Below, in pieces: positions 62,754 to 64,000 of a stretch of DNA of 64,000 nucleotides (the stretch's first letter is position 1; every line of letters starts with the position of its first letter). The DNA is from an uncultured Verrucomicrobiae bacterium. Lineage in GTDB: Bacteria > Verrucomicrobiota > Verrucomicrobiia > Opitutales > JABDGR01. The stretch covers positions 65,076 through 129,075 of the forward strand of contig CAVXVB010000008.1 of assembly GCA_963765205.1 (NCBI GenBank). Direction: 5' to 3'. Position numbers and translations under genes: made by a program. The notes beneath the pieces are model-generated. The model had not been told where the DNA came from and ran no database searches. It saw only the letters and a list, made by a program, of their open reading frames with translations.

Positions 62754-63797
62754 ATCCCCACAAAATCCGCGGACGACAACTTTTTCAATGCGAGATTCGG
62801 GCCAGACGCATGGACGGGCAATTGCAAACCGTCGTCGCCAAAGGCGTCGAGCGTGCCAAAGCCAAGGGCGCGGCGGCCGGCGCGCGGGTCGCCCGCGGCC
62901 AGACAAAGCGCCGCCTGCACGCCGATGCTGGTCTCAAACGCCGACGAATAAACCAAGTCGGCGCGGGTTTGCGCTCGCCAGCGGCGGAAGTCATCCGCGT
63001 GGCCGAGCAATGACGGCTTCACCACCAGCGGCCCGGGCCATTTCGCGGCGACGGCGCGGCGCAGCCTGAGCCAACTGGCCACGCCCTCATCCAGCGCCAC
63101 CGGCACCGGCGCCGACGGCGGCGGCCCGGGCCTGCTCGCGCCAATGCTGCGGGCCGGTGACGGGCGGAAGCGGTTGCTCAAAAAATTCAAGCGTATGGGC
63201 CGAGGGACTGAGCGCTTTCAACTCCGCGCACCACGCAGCCCACTCGAGACGGCTAAGCGCGCCATTGGCGTCCAAGCGCAGGCGGCCGTGCGCGGGCAGC
63301 GCGGCGAGCAATTGTTCCAGCAAGGAAAATTCTTCCGAGGACGAGCCGACGCCAATCTTCCATTTAAAGACGCGGTAGCCTTGCGCGGCACGCTGCTCGA
63401 GCGCGGCCAGCGCGGCGCGGCCCGCGGGGAGCAATGCGGCCACCGGAAAGGTTTTGATTTTGGCCGGCGGGTGAAATTGGCCGACGAGCATGGCTTGGGC
63501 GCAAGAGAGCGCCCAGCGCAGGCAGGCGAGGCGGTCGGGCATGCGGCGCAGTTGGGTTGGCGTCAACCGCTCCGGCGCGTGGCGCAGCCAGGCCAGGTCG
63601 CGCGCGGCGGTTTCACCGGTGAAGCCAGGAATCGGCGCGGCTTCGCCCAAGCCCAGCCGGCCATCCGCGTCCCGCAGGCGCACAATCACGCCTTCGCGCA
63701 CGGTCCACACGCCGTGGCCGGTGGCTTGGGGCCGCGTGAACTTGCGCCGGTAAGCGCGATAGTCAAGACGCAGATAATCGGCACGCGCGTGAGGCAT
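62732..63797 (-). pseudogene. menC: o-succinylbenzoate synthase (enolase superfamily), split by an apparent frameshift
   Basis: The N-terminal part is in frame 63087..63797 (...LRLDANGALS...LEFFEQPLPP...). The C-terminal part is in frame 62732..63130 (...PVPVALDEGV...LVVKPSLLG...SSAFETSIG). The frames switch within about 63095-63140. Confidence 0.6.
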
Positions 63798-64000
63798 GGC
63801 GCAAGAAGGGGGACGGCCAACATGGCCGCCCCCGGCCCGACTTGCAACCCGCAACTTGGGCTGGGCGCGGGCCGATTGGCCCCCCTGGCGTGGCGCGGTG
63901 CTTCAGCCCGCGCTTGGCAGGTGGTGAATGTTTCCGGGCGCGGACTAAAGCACCCGGATACGCCCACGACTGGATTACGCAGGCAGTGATGGAAGCATGC

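Overview
This is a high-GC bacterial chromosomal window. It is probably from the PVC superphylum (Verrucomicrobiota-like). That placement is an inference from gene content and repeat style, not from a database search.

Core content:
- A Planctomycetes/Verrucomicrobia-type (PVM) bacterial microcompartment locus for rhamnose/fucose-derived lactaldehyde lies at about 7.1-17.7 kb. It encodes a DeoR regulator, PduL, three BMC-H, acetate kinase, three BMC-P, an acylating aldehyde dehydrogenase, a class II aldolase and rhamnulokinase.
- The locus is bracketed by a split lactate-utilisation set: lutB-lutC at 2.2-4.3 kb and lutA at 18.0-18.8 kb.
- Housekeeping genes follow: smc, lysC-thrC, aroE, prepilin peptidase, sucA-sucB-lpd, ispF, proS and menC-menE.
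- A second, cytosolic-type bifunctional rhamnulose-1-P aldolase/SDR is also present.

Accessory or unusual content:
1. A tandem array of three 20-23-aa hydrophobic mini-ORFs with a conserved RBS and upstream hairpin (50.1-50.6 kb), next to a DUF433/DUF5615 pair.
2. A 3.2-kb integrase island at tRNA-Thr(CGU) whose att duplication is the 5' half of the tRNA, carrying a membrane-anchored Mrr-like nuclease.
3. An AT-rich orphan gene bracketed by a perfect 24-bp inverted repeat (4.7-5.6 kb).
4. An HhH-like gene plus a Phd/RelE-type TA pair inserted inside the BMC locus.
5. A His-rich protein / sHSP / secreted tandem-ACD sHSP / CDF transporter stress cluster with twin terminators.
6. Several families of intergenic 'stutter-word' inverted repeats and GC-rich REP-like palindromes, one of which has been inserted into the sucB linker.
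7. Three apparent frameshifts (CPBP protease, His-rich protein, menC).

No rRNA genes and no CRISPR array were seen.
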